Below, one piece after another: positions 11,201 to 19,590 of a stretch of 64,000 nt of DNA; the first letter of the stretch is position 1; every line of letters begins with the position of its first letter. Location of the stretch: positions 1,056,001 to 1,120,000 of the forward strand of contig CAWKMU010000003.1 of the NCBI GenBank assembly GCA_963850905.1, in the 5' to 3' direction. Source of the stretch: an uncultured Gemmatimonadales bacterium. GTDB lineage: Bacteria; Gemmatimonadota; Gemmatimonadetes; Gemmatimonadales; Gemmatimonadaceae. The translations under genes and the position numbers were made by a program. The notes under the pieces are model-generated. The model was given only the letters and a program-made list of their open reading frames with translations, did no database searches and was not told the origin of the DNA.

Positions 11201-12210
11201 AGATCACAGTCCTGTTGGGCGGTGCCTCCGCTGAGCGGGATGTGTCGCTCGCGAGTGGCTTCCGGGTCATCGACTCGCTGCGCTCATCGGGGCACGTCGT
11301 GAAGGCGGTCGATCCCGTGACGGGATTATTGGGGGCGTCGGCCGAGTTGGCGTTGCGGGCCGCTGGTGTGCGCCGGGCGCCGCCGTCATTGGAAGAGCTC
11401 GCGGGCCTAAGTGGCTCGCAGCGACGCGAACTGTCCCCCGATCTCGTGCTCTTGCCAGCGATTCGTGAGGCCGATGTCGTATTCCTGGCGCTGCACGGTG
11501 GGCGCGGCGAAGACGGCACCATCCAGGCCATGCTGGACCTCGTCGGAGTGCCCTACACGGGCAGTGGCCCGTTGGCCAGTGCGTTGGCGATGGACAAGGA
11601 CCTCTCGAAGACACTGTTTCGGGCCGCCGGCGTGACGACCGCCGATTGGACCATGGCTCCGGTCCGGGATGAAGTCGTCGAGCAAACGCTCGGCTGGCCG
11701 GCGGTCGTCAAACCATCGAAGCAAGGATCGACCGTTGGACTCGCAGTCGTCCACGAGCGTGCTACGCTCCAGACCGCCGTTACGCAGGCGTTCCAGTACG
11801 ACGATGAGGTCATGATCGAGCGCTACGTGCCTGGTCGGGAGCTGACCGTCGGCGTGCTGGGCGACGAGGCACTGCCGGTCGGCGAGATCTTCCCGGCGCA
11901 CGACGTTTACGACTACGAGTGCAAGTACACTGTCGGCATGGCACGCGAGGAGTTCCCCGCAAAGTTGACTGCCGGAGAGTCGGCGCTCGTTCAGGATCAG
12001 GCGTTGCGAGCATTCGCGGCCCTCAAGCTTCGTGGCTACGCGCGCATCGATTTCCGCCTGTCACCCGATGGGATCCCCTTTTGCCTCGAGGCGAATACCC
12101 TTCCGGGACTCACGGGTACGAGTCTCATTCCACAGGCGGCCGCAGCCCGGGGGATGGGGTTTGGCGAGTTGTGTGAGCGGATTGTCAACGAAGCACTACG
12201 CGCATCGTAA
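11197..12210 (+). CDS. ddl: D-alanine--D-alanine ligase
   Basis: LGGASAERDVSLASG, ALHGGRGEDG, YDYECKY, ARIDF and LEANTLPG motifs. Start overlaps the upstream stop. Confidence 0.93.
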   Translation: MKITVLLGGASAERDVSLASGFRVIDSLRSSGHVVKAVDPVTGLLGASAELALRAAGVRRAPPSLEELAGLSGSQRRELSPDLVLLPAIREADVVFLALHGGRGEDGTIQAMLDLVGVPYTGSGPLASALAMDKDLSKTLFRAAGVTTADWTMAPVRDEVVEQTLGWPAVVKPSKQGSTVGLAVVHERATLQTAVTQAFQYDDEVMIERYVPGRELTVGVLGDEALPVGEIFPAHDVYDYECKYTVGMAREEFPAKLTAGESALVQDQALRAFAALKLRGYARIDFRLSPDGIPFCLEANTLPGLTGTSLIPQAAAARGMGFGELCERIVNEALRAS

Positions 12211-12482
12211 AAAGGAGAGAGGGAGAGGAGAGGGTGACAACAACGGCCGCGTGAGCGGCCGTCGTTACGTGCGTACCGCTCGGCTCGTCGCCGGACGGGT
12301 ATCAGCACCCGATCACGAGGCCTGCAGATTTGAGGGGAGACATTGGCTCAGGATCTGCAGCGTAAACGAGCGTTCTCCCCTCTCCAGTTTCGGGCGCAAA
12401 GCGCCCGTATGTTACACTTACGGATGGCGGTCGCCGGCTGACGCGCCGCGACTGAGCGCTCTGAACCACCTGCTGCGAGCCC

Positions 12483-13400
12483 ATGTCCTTCTCATCCGCC
12501 GAGACGCACGAGGACCGACCGCGACTGACACCGGCGGTGCAGTGGTTGATCGGGCTCAACGTCCTGATCTACTTCCTGCAGGTTACGCTCGTCGGTCAGG
12601 CCGACATGGAGCGCTGGCTCGGGTTCAAGTTTCACGATCTCGCGGCTGGCAGTATTTGGACGGTCTTCACCTACATGTTTGTGCATGCCGGCTTCTGGCA
12701 CATCGCCGGCAACATGCTGTTCCTGTGGGTGTTCGGACCGCGTGTCGAGCGGGCGTGGGGTTCAGGCGCCTTTGTACGCTACTATCTGATTTGTGGTCTC
12801 GGCGGGTGTCTGGCGCAGTCGCTGTTGAATCGCGACAGCATCCTCGTCGGTGCGTCCGCCGCGATCTATGGTGTGATGCTCGCGTACGCCGTGCGGTGGC
12901 CGGACGATGAATTCCTCCTCTGGTTTGTCGTCCCGGTCAAGGCGAAGTGGCTCGTTGCGGGCTGTATCCTCATCGATCTCGTATTGGGTGTGTCGACGTA
13001 CGGCGGGGGCGCGCCGGGCGTCGCCCACTTCGCACACCTCGGTGGGCTCATCACGGGTTGGCTCTACCTGCACACGCCCCCATCGAACGCGCTCGAGCGC
13101 TTCAGGCAGCGGGTAGCCGGCGCGCCCGATGTTCCCGAGGAGCCCCCCCGTCCGATTCCGCGTGGGCTCCCACGCGGGCGCGAACCGAGGCGCGAGGTCG
13201 ACGAAATTGTAGCGAAGAGCAAGGCCGCTGTTGCGAAACGTCCCGCGGCGGTCCAGGCGCCGCGCAACCAGCCCCGTACACGGCGGGGCGAGGAGATCAA
13301 CGCGCTCCTCGACAAGATCTCGCAATTCGGACTCGACAGCCTGACGAAGGACGAGCGCCGAATCTTGGAAGACGCGTCGAAGAGGTTGCGGGAGGATTGA
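12483..13400 (+). CDS. Rhomboid family intramembrane serine protease with C-terminal soluble tail
   Basis: TYMFVH...HIAGNM, catalytic Ser in VGASAA, catalytic His in AHFAHLGG. The tail LLDKISQFGLDSLT is DUF6576-like. Confidence 0.9.
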   Translation: MSFSSAETHEDRPRLTPAVQWLIGLNVLIYFLQVTLVGQADMERWLGFKFHDLAAGSIWTVFTYMFVHAGFWHIAGNMLFLWVFGPRVERAWGSGAFVRYYLICGLGGCLAQSLLNRDSILVGASAAIYGVMLAYAVRWPDDEFLLWFVVPVKAKWLVAGCILIDLVLGVSTYGGGAPGVAHFAHLGGLITGWLYLHTPPSNALERFRQRVAGAPDVPEEPPRPIPRGLPRGREPRREVDEIVAKSKAAVAKRPAAVQAPRNQPRTRRGEEINALLDKISQFGLDSLTKDERRILEDASKRLRED

Positions 13401-13406
13401 TAACGG

Positions 13407-13642
13407 CAGGGGTCAGGGGTCAGGGTCTGGAAACGACAACGGCCCGCATGACCGGGTCCCGTGGGCGGGCGGCCTGAAGGCCGCCCCTACATGTTGCTGC
13501 GGACGGTGCGGGTTCTGAATGTGTCGACACGGTCATGAGTCATGGGGGACGCTCGGAAACGCTACCTCCACGCCGACATGTAGGGGCGGGCTTCAGCCCG
13601 CCCGGTTGTTACAGGCCGTCGTAATCCCTGACCCCTGACCCT
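13407..13642. repeat. Composite palindrome A1: (CAGGGGT)n arm - inverted GTAG REP pair (13467-13490, 13580-13603) - (ACCCCTG)n arm
   Basis: gggcggcctgaaggccgcccctacatgttgctgcgg ... gccgacatgtaggggcgggcttcagcccgccc. Lies between convergent rhomboid and queF. Confidence 0.9.
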
Positions 13643-13648
13643 TGTCGT

Positions 13649-14041
13649 TCAGCGCTTCCCCATCGCCGCCCGCACCAGCGACTTTATCCCCCCGCGTACG
13701 TTGAAGTCCCCGACCACCTCGATCCATCGCGGCGCCAGCTTGCCGTGCAAGTCATCGAGGATGCGGTTGACGACACGCTCGTAGAAGATCCCGTCGTTGC
13801 GATAGCTCCACAGATACAGCTTGAGACTCTTGAGCTCGACGCACAGACGGTCGGGGATATAGGTGATCGCGATCGTACCGAAGTCGGGCGCCCCGCCCTT
13901 GAGAAGTGCGAGCTCGGCCGCGTCGCTTTCGACGCCACCCAGGGGACACAACGACGTGAACTCCTCACACGTCATGTGGACCTCGTATTCCCGTCCCGGA
14001 TACGGATTTGGAAAGGTCTCAAGGAGCTCGGGCTGAGGCAT
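13649..14041 (-). CDS. queF: NADPH-dependent 7-cyano-7-deazaguanine reductase (preQ1 synthase)
   Basis: LETFPNP, EFTSLCP, PDFG, VELKSLKLY (QueF motif) and FNVRGGI. Confidence 0.92.
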   Translation of the reverse strand: MPQPELLETFPNPYPGREYEVHMTCEEFTSLCPLGGVESDAAELALLKGGAPDFGTIAITYIPDRLCVELKSLKLYLWSYRNDGIFYERVVNRILDDLHGKLAPRWIEVVGDFNVRGGIKSLVRAAMGKR

Positions 14042-14060
14042 AGTGGCAAACTAGGGACGG

Positions 14061-14160
14061 TAGACGCTGGACGCTGGAGACAAAGCTAGAGGGCAGCAAG
14101 CGGACCGTCTCTGGCCTTGAGGTTCGTGCTCCAGCGTCTAGCGTCGAGCGTCTAGCGTCT
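14061..14160. repeat. Composite palindrome B1: (TAGACGC/TGGACGC)n arm - degenerate GAGGCCAG core - (GCGTCTA)n arm
   Basis: tagacgctggacgctggagacaaagctagagggcagc...ctggccttgaggttcgtgctccagcgtctagcgtcgagcgtctagcgtct. Confidence 0.8.
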
Positions 14161-14343
14161 CGTCCGCTGCCTACCGCTCCAGACCAGCCCCCCATACGTT
14201 TCTCGCGCGGCGCAGCTTAGCCGCGGCGGGCCGATACCGGCGCAAGCGCCTCGTCCCAAGCTCATGCATCGGCGCACGGTCGTACCGGATCCGCTCTACC
14301 TCTGGTGATCGGTTCACTTTTAACGGCGTGGAGGTGTTTGCTC

Positions 14344-14808
14344 ATGAGCGTGCGATCAGCTATCGCAGTTGCGGCTGTGCTCGGGGGGCTGGCGGTCGGC
14401 GGGGCGTGGACAGCGTCGAAGCCGGCGAGTGCGAGGGCCGCACAGGGGATGAAGTGGACAGCCACGTTGAGTGCGCAAAATGGTGGTACGATCAAGGGGA
14501 CCGCGTCACTGGCGCCCGGGACAGGTGGGGCGAGCTCAGTCGCCATGATTTCGATCACGGGCGGCAAGGCTGGCACCGCGTATCCGTGGCACGTGCACAC
14601 CGGAAAATGCGGCGCGGCCGGCGGCGGCGTGTTTGGATCTGGCTCCGCGTACAAGCCAGTCACCGCAGGTGCCGACGGCTCTGGCACGTCGACGGCCAAC
14701 CTCAGCGCCGCGGCGCCGACCACCGGTGATTACCACGTCAATGTGCACGCGTCGGCGAACGACATGAAGACGATCGTCTCGTGCGGCGACCTGAGTATGG
14801 GGATGTGA
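14344..14808 (+). CDS. Secreted protein with Cu/Zn-SOD-like or CHRD-like fold
   Basis: GGAGG RBS, signal peptide, YPWHVHTGKCG and YHVNVHAS...VSCGDL motifs. Confidence 0.6.
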   Translation: MSVRSAIAVAAVLGGLAVGGAWTASKPASARAAQGMKWTATLSAQNGGTIKGTASLAPGTGGASSVAMISITGGKAGTAYPWHVHTGKCGAAGGGVFGSGSAYKPVTAGADGSGTSTANLSAAAPTTGDYHVNVHASANDMKTIVSCGDLSMGM

Positions 14809-14812
14809 GGGG

Positions 14813-14921
14813 CTAGACGCTGGACGCTAGACGTTGGACGTTGGAAAAAAACTCGAGGCCAGCCGCGGTGCATGCAGCTGGCCTCGAGGTTTGTCTCCAG
14901 CGTCTAGCGTCTAGCGTCCAG
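14813..14921. repeat. Composite palindrome B2
   Basis: ctagacgctggacgctagacgttggacgttgg...ctcgaggccagc cgcggtgcatgca gctggcctcgag...ccagcgtctagcgtctagcgtccag. Confidence 0.9.
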
Positions 14922-15872
14922 TAGTTCCACAAACACCCCAGGATCTACGTTCCCGCCACTCACGACGCAGCACACCCTTTTGCCCCGAAAGCGGCTCGGG
15001 TCCGCGAGCAGGCCAGCCACCGGAACCGCCCCAGTCGGCTCAGCTTTGACGTTAGCCAGCTGAAAGCACAGCCGGACCGCCTCGGCAATGTGATCCTCAC
15101 TCACCTCGATCGCCCCGGCAACGCCTGAGCGAAGGACGGCCCAATTATGCGCGCCGACGCTTCGCGTCCGCACACCGTCAGCAATCGTCTGCGGCTCCTG
15201 CTCATGGGCGACGATGTGGCCGGCGGCGAGGGAGCGGACGAAATCGTTGGCGAGCGCCGGCTCGACGGCCCATACCCCGGTTGCGTCTCCGACTGCACGC
15301 AGGCCGGTGACGACACCCGCGCTCAGGCCACCGCCTCCGACCGGCGTCAGAATGGCGTCAAAACGACGCGACTGAGTCGGACGCCGGCCGGGCGACCCAT
15401 CGTCGTCCCGCCCCTCCGCCGCGCTATTGATCGCCGCCAGCTCACGTCCGAGACTGGCATTGCCTTCGATCACCAACGGGTCATCGTAGGCGCTGGCGAC
15501 GTACGCGCCCGGTTGCGCGGCCGCCAGTGAAGCCACCCGCGCCTCACGGCGAACGACGGTCGTGTCGATCAGATCCACCGTGGCGCCGTAGCTCCGGACC
15601 GCCTCGATCTTCACTCGCGCGGCATTCGCCGGCATCACCACCGTGCATTGCTTGCCCGCGAGCTGGCAGGCGTAGGCAATCGCCTGCCCGAAGTTGCCGG
15701 AGCTCGCCGTGATGATCGCCGGATTGGGCACCGAGCGAACGACGTTGGACGCCGCCCGGTATTTGAAGCTGCCAGTCCACTGGAACGCCTCACTTGCCAG
15801 CACGACATCCGCCCCGAGGCGTTCCGAGAGACGGGCGGATTCGATCAGCGTTGTGCGCCGCGGTTCTTTCAT
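14904..15872 (-). CDS. PLP-dependent threonine/serine dehydratase family protein
   Basis: FQWTGSFKYR (PLP Lys), ASSGNFGQ, PVGGGGL, KAEPTGA and VVSGGN motifs. Confidence 0.88.
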   Translation of the reverse strand: MKEPRRTTLIESARLSERLGADVVLASEAFQWTGSFKYRAASNVVRSVPNPAIITASSGNFGQAIAYACQLAGKQCTVVMPANAARVKIEAVRSYGATVDLIDTTVVRREARVASLAAAQPGAYVASAYDDPLVIEGNASLGRELAAINSAAEGRDDDGSPGRRPTQSRRFDAILTPVGGGGLSAGVVTGLRAVGDATGVWAVEPALANDFVRSLAAGHIVAHEQEPQTIADGVRTRSVGAHNWAVLRSGVAGAIEVSEDHIAEAVRLCFQLANVKAEPTGAVPVAGLLADPSRFRGKRVCCVVSGGNVDPGVFVELLDARR

Positions 15873-15889
15873 GCCATTAATTTTCTCTC

Positions 15890-16390
15890 GTGACCCGCAA
15901 AGCCGCCACCTTTTGGCCTGTCATGCTCGCCTTGCTGGTGGGGGATTGCACGACGAAGGAGTTGGCGGTCGGCCATCTCGTGCCGCCCTATCTTCCGCAC
16001 AACGTCCTCGGGGAAGTCGTGCGCTTCACGCTCGCCTACAACCCGGGGGCCGCATTCAGCATGAGCCTCGGTAGCGCCTCGCGCTGGGGCTTCACGCTCC
16101 TGGCGCTGATCGCGCTCGCGACCCTGGCCGTCGTCTACCAGTCCGCGGGCAACGAGGATCGCCTGCAGGCGGGCGCAATCGCGCTCATCGCCGGCGGCGC
16201 GCTCGGCAATCTGGTGGACCGAATCCGTTCGGCACGCGGTGTCGTCGACTTCATCGACATCGGGCTCGGCGACCGTCGGTTCTGGACGTTCAATGTCGCC
16301 GACATGGGCGTCACCTGCGGTGCTCTGCTGCTGGCGTGGGTGCTGTGGAAGCGGTCGGCTGACGCGCACGGCGAAGATGCTGGACGTTAG
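15890..16390 (+). CDS. lspA: Lipoprotein signal peptidase II
   Basis: YNPGAAFS, GGALGNLVDR, VVDFI and FNVAD motifs. Confidence 0.95.
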   Translation: MTRKAATFWPVMLALLVGDCTTKELAVGHLVPPYLPHNVLGEVVRFTLAYNPGAAFSMSLGSASRWGFTLLALIALATLAVVYQSAGNEDRLQAGAIALIAGGALGNLVDRIRSARGVVDFIDIGLGDRRFWTFNVADMGVTCGALLLAWVLWKRSADAHGEDAGR

Positions 16391-16494
16391 ACGCTGGACG
16401 CTAGCAGACTAACCGCGAGGGTCAGTTACGGTACATGTAGCTGGCCCTCGAGGGTTGTTCTCCAGCGTCCAGCGTCAAGCGTCTTAGCGTCTAG
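16377..16494. repeat. Composite palindrome B3 between convergent lspA and Hsp20
   Basis: gctggacgttagacgctggacgctag...cgagggtcagttac ggtacat gtagctggccctcg...ccagcgtccagcgtcaagcgtcttagcgtctag. Confidence 0.85.
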
Positions 16495-17225
16495 CCCTTC
16501 ACCTCTATCTTGCGCGCCTTGGCCTGCGCCCGTTTCGGAATCGGGATCGTGACCTCGAGCACGCCGTCCTGGAAACGGGCTTGCGCGTGGTCTGCATCGG
16601 CTTCCTCGGGGAGCGGGATCGCGCGGTAGAAGGAGCCGAAGCTGCGCTCCGAGCGATACGTGTCGCCCCGGCCTTCCTCGCTGTGCTGCTCGCGTTGGCC
16701 GGAGAGCGTCAACCTCCCTTCGCTGAATTCGACGTCAATGTCATCGCGCTTGATGCCCGGCAGCTCCGCATGAACGACGAGGTCGTCGCCGCGCTGGAAC
16801 ACGTCGACCGTCGGCACCCACCGTGGCGTCTCGACGCCCGACAGGAAGGTGCTCAGTCCTCCGGCCGCACCCCGGGATGGAAACAAGCCGAGTCCACTGT
16901 AGTCGCCGAATATCCGATCCATGTCCTCCGAGAGGCGTCGCATCAGCGCGAACGGACTCAGCGAACCTCTGATGCCGCCTCCTGCTGCCTGGTCTTGCTT
17001 CGACACCGCGGCGGCCTGTGAGCTCCGGCCGCCGGTTTCTTGTGCGGTGCTCCGCTCCCGGCTTGTTGCGATCCCGATATCACGATCGCTTTGAGCGCTG
17101 CCCGATCCCGCGCTTGCACGGGTCGGCGCGGATTGCGCGCTACCCGTTCCGGGGTTGCTCGCGGCGCCGGGTGCAGTGCCGCCTGGCGTCGATGGACGAT
17201 TGCTCGATGGATCGGGGGTAGACAT
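16491..17225 (-). CDS. Hsp20/alpha-crystallin small heat-shock protein with long N-terminal extension
   Basis: WVPTVDV...AELPGI...LTLSGQR...ERSFGSFYRAIPLP...A.FQDGVLEVTIP. GGAG RBS upstream. Confidence 0.92.
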   Translation of the reverse strand: MSTPDPSSNRPSTPGGTAPGAASNPGTGSAQSAPTRASAGSGSAQSDRDIGIATSRERSTAQETGGRSSQAAAVSKQDQAAGGGIRGSLSPFALMRRLSEDMDRIFGDYSGLGLFPSRGAAGGLSTFLSGVETPRWVPTVDVFQRGDDLVVHAELPGIKRDDIDVEFSEGRLTLSGQREQHSEEGRGDTYRSERSFGSFYRAIPLPEEADADHAQARFQDGVLEVTIPIPKRAQAKARKIEVKG

Positions 17226-17296
17226 GGCGTCTCCGTGTCTGTGGTGACGGATTGATTGTGCGCGTGAGAGGGCGGCCGCAAAGTGGATACCAAGAG

Positions 17297-17434
17297 CAGG
17301 GGCCAGGGCTCAGGGATCGGGGGTCAGGGAACAACACATGAGGCCAATCGCGGTGCTGGCGACTGGCCTCGGCGTCTTGCTTCGGTGTCTTGCTACAGTT
17401 CTCCCTAACCCCTGACCCTGGTCCCTGACCCCTG
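17297..17434. repeat. Hybrid composite palindrome: A-type (CAGGGG/CCCCTG) arms around the B-type GAGGCCA core (17340-17370)
   Basis: caggggccagggctcagggatcgggggtcaggg...gaggccaatcgcggtgctggcgactggcctc...ccctaacccctgaccctggtccctgacccctg. Confidence 0.8.
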
Positions 17435-17437
17435 CCG

Positions 17438-18422
17438 TTACAGCAATCCTCCGTGCCCGAGCCCGCTCAACGTATGCGAATCAATCGATTCGCCGCTGAG
17501 GATGCGTGGGACGATCACGTCAAAGCTCGTGACCTGCGAGAACAGACCGCAGGTCGGCAAACCAAGGATCGTGCGCCTGCCCCAATGCGCGAGCCAGAAC
17601 ATACTCCCGGGATGCACGGGGACGCCGTAGCGGTCGAGGCTGGCGCCGAGACGGTCGAGAGCGCGAAACGCGGGATCGAGCGGGTCGAGCGATTTCGCCC
17701 CAGCGATAACGATGATGGTCGCGCCCGCTTGCGCGACCGCCGTAATCGCGTGTTCGATGGCCGCCGTGGTCGGGGCCACGAAGATTGGCGATAGCACCTG
17801 CGAGCCGAACCAGCTCAACTTGTCCCGAAGCGCATCCATCGGCCGTGACGAGGCGTCTGCCGCCAATCGTTCCTGCACCACGACGCCAATCGTCGCCGGG
17901 ACGAAGGCAGCGACCCGCACGAGGCCGCCGCAGCTCCGTGCAACGCGCTCCGCCGCGGCCACTGCGTCCGCACGCAGCACCAGCGGCGTCACCTTGGCTC
18001 GCGCCACAACGGCTCCGGTATCCACCACCTGCGCGTCGAGTCGCGTGTACACGCACGCTCCAGCGACGTCGTTGACCGTCGCCAGCGGATTGACTGCCAC
18101 GCGGAGTAGCCCGCGGCGGGTCGCGACGAGCGGCCAATGGCCGCCACCGAGCGGGCCAACATCGACGCCCGATCCCGCCGCCGCGTGCGCGATGCGCAGG
18201 CCCGCCTCGGCTTCGTGTACTTCTCCAGCTTCGGGTTCGATGAAGTGCAACTCCTGCCACGCGAGAGAGTCGAGAATGGGCGACATCGCTGGCCGAGAGG
18301 ACACGTCCCTTCACCCATCGCGATTCCGTGCCTGAATGGACATCGTGCGCAAGGATCCAGCCCGCACGTGGGGTGATATTCGTATCGCCGTTCGACTCGC
18401 GGGTGACGCAGTGGAGGCGCAT
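17438..18422 (-). pseudogene. Molybdopterin-binding (MoeA/MoCF-like) protein with a +1 frameshift near 18278-18280 (possibly a sequencing error)
   Basis: The N-terminus (GWILAHDV...KGRVLSASDVA) is in one frame and the remainder (ILDSLAWQELH...YGVPVHPGSMFW...GLPTCG...GHGGLL*) in another. Span 985 nt = 3n+1. Confidence 0.7.
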
Positions 18423-18437
18423 GATCGATCGGCTGCG

Positions 18438-19511
18438 CTATGGGACGCCCTTGCGGACGGCGACGATTTGCGCGGCGATCGCCAGCGCGATTTCTGGCCC
18501 GGTTTGAGCGCCGATATCGAGTCCAATCGGAATGTGTATGCGGTCAAAGGTGGCCGGATCGATGCCGTCGGCGGCGAGAAACTCCCGGAGCGCGCGGGCC
18601 CGGCCGCGTCCAGCGAGGAGGCCAACGTACGCAGGCTCCTTCGTGAGCACCGTCCGCAAGATCGGAAGCTCGAACTTGTAATCGTGGGCCACGATCACGA
18701 CAAACGTCGAGGCATCGTATCGCTGCCGCTCCGCGAGGGTCGCAACGTTGCCCACGAGCAGCTCCTCCGCATCGGGAAAGCGCTCTCGCGTCGCGAAGCG
18801 CTCGCGGGCGTCGATCACCGTCGCGCGCCACCCGAGAACAGTCCCGTACGATACGAGCGGCATAGCCACGTGCGTCGCACCAAACACCAGAAGGCGCGGC
18901 GGCGGTGCGTACAGCCCGAAGAAGAGCTCCGCGTCCGATCCCTCCGCCGCGATACGCACCGTGGACGACACGCCACGAACGAGAACAGCCAGGGCCTCAG
19001 CGCGAGCAGCGGCGTCGAGAGCCCCACTGCCCAGGGTGCCAGTGCTGCTGCCGTCCTCGTGCACGACGAGGCGTCCGGAGGTGCCCGGGAGCTGGGCGAC
19101 CAACACGACACGTTGGCCAGCGGCGATGGCGCGGCGGACCGCCTGATAGCCAGCCGTGATGGCATTGGCATCGGCGTCCAGCCGGACCGGCTCCACCAGC
19201 ACGCGCAGCGTGCCACCGCAGGTGAGGCCGAGATCCCACCCTTCTTCGTCGCGCAGGGTCATCGACAGGAGCGCGGGGCGATCCGTTCTGAGCACCTCGT
19301 CAGACGACGCCACCACCTGGGCGTCGACGCACCCCCCGATGGTGACTGAGCCGAGGATCCGACCGCCCTCCCCCACCCACATTGTTGCGCCAGACTTCTG
19401 TGGAGTCGTCCCCTCAGTGGACACAAGGGTCGCCATCGCGGCTCGGCGCTCCGTCCGGGCCATGCGGTCCAACTCACCCAACGCGTCGTGGAGGTCGGGA
19501 ACGCGAGGCAT
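18438..19511 (-). CDS. xdhC: XdhC/CoxI family molybdenum-cofactor insertion chaperone
   Basis: ATLVSTEGTTPQKSGA, GGCVDA, GLTCGG, LLVFGA, AHDYKFE and PIGLDIGAQTGPEIALAI motifs. Confidence 0.9.
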   Translation of the reverse strand: MPRVPDLHDALGELDRMARTERRAAMATLVSTEGTTPQKSGATMWVGEGGRILGSVTIGGCVDAQVVASSDEVLRTDRPALLSMTLRDEEGWDLGLTCGGTLRVLVEPVRLDADANAITAGYQAVRRAIAAGQRVVLVAQLPGTSGRLVVHEDGSSTGTLGSGALDAAARAEALAVLVRGVSSTVRIAAEGSDAELFFGLYAPPPRLLVFGATHVAMPLVSYGTVLGWRATVIDARERFATRERFPDAEELLVGNVATLAERQRYDASTFVVIVAHDYKFELPILRTVLTKEPAYVGLLAGRGRARALREFLAADGIDPATFDRIHIPIGLDIGAQTGPEIALAIAAQIVAVRKGVP

Positions 19512-19590
19512 TGCAGTTAAGATAAAGCGGAGATGCGGGGCGATCCCGGCTTTTGTTCGCCCCTAATACCTCGTCCTTGCTTGTGTTACC

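Noticed and set aside
12211..12482. Small gene or RNA between ddl and rhomboid
   Set aside because: Purine-rich start but no coherent ORF or recognisable RNA motif.
14042..14160. preQ1 riboswitch upstream of queF
   Set aside because: The -10 box sits 6 nt from the ATG, leaving no leader, and the upstream DNA is repeat B1.
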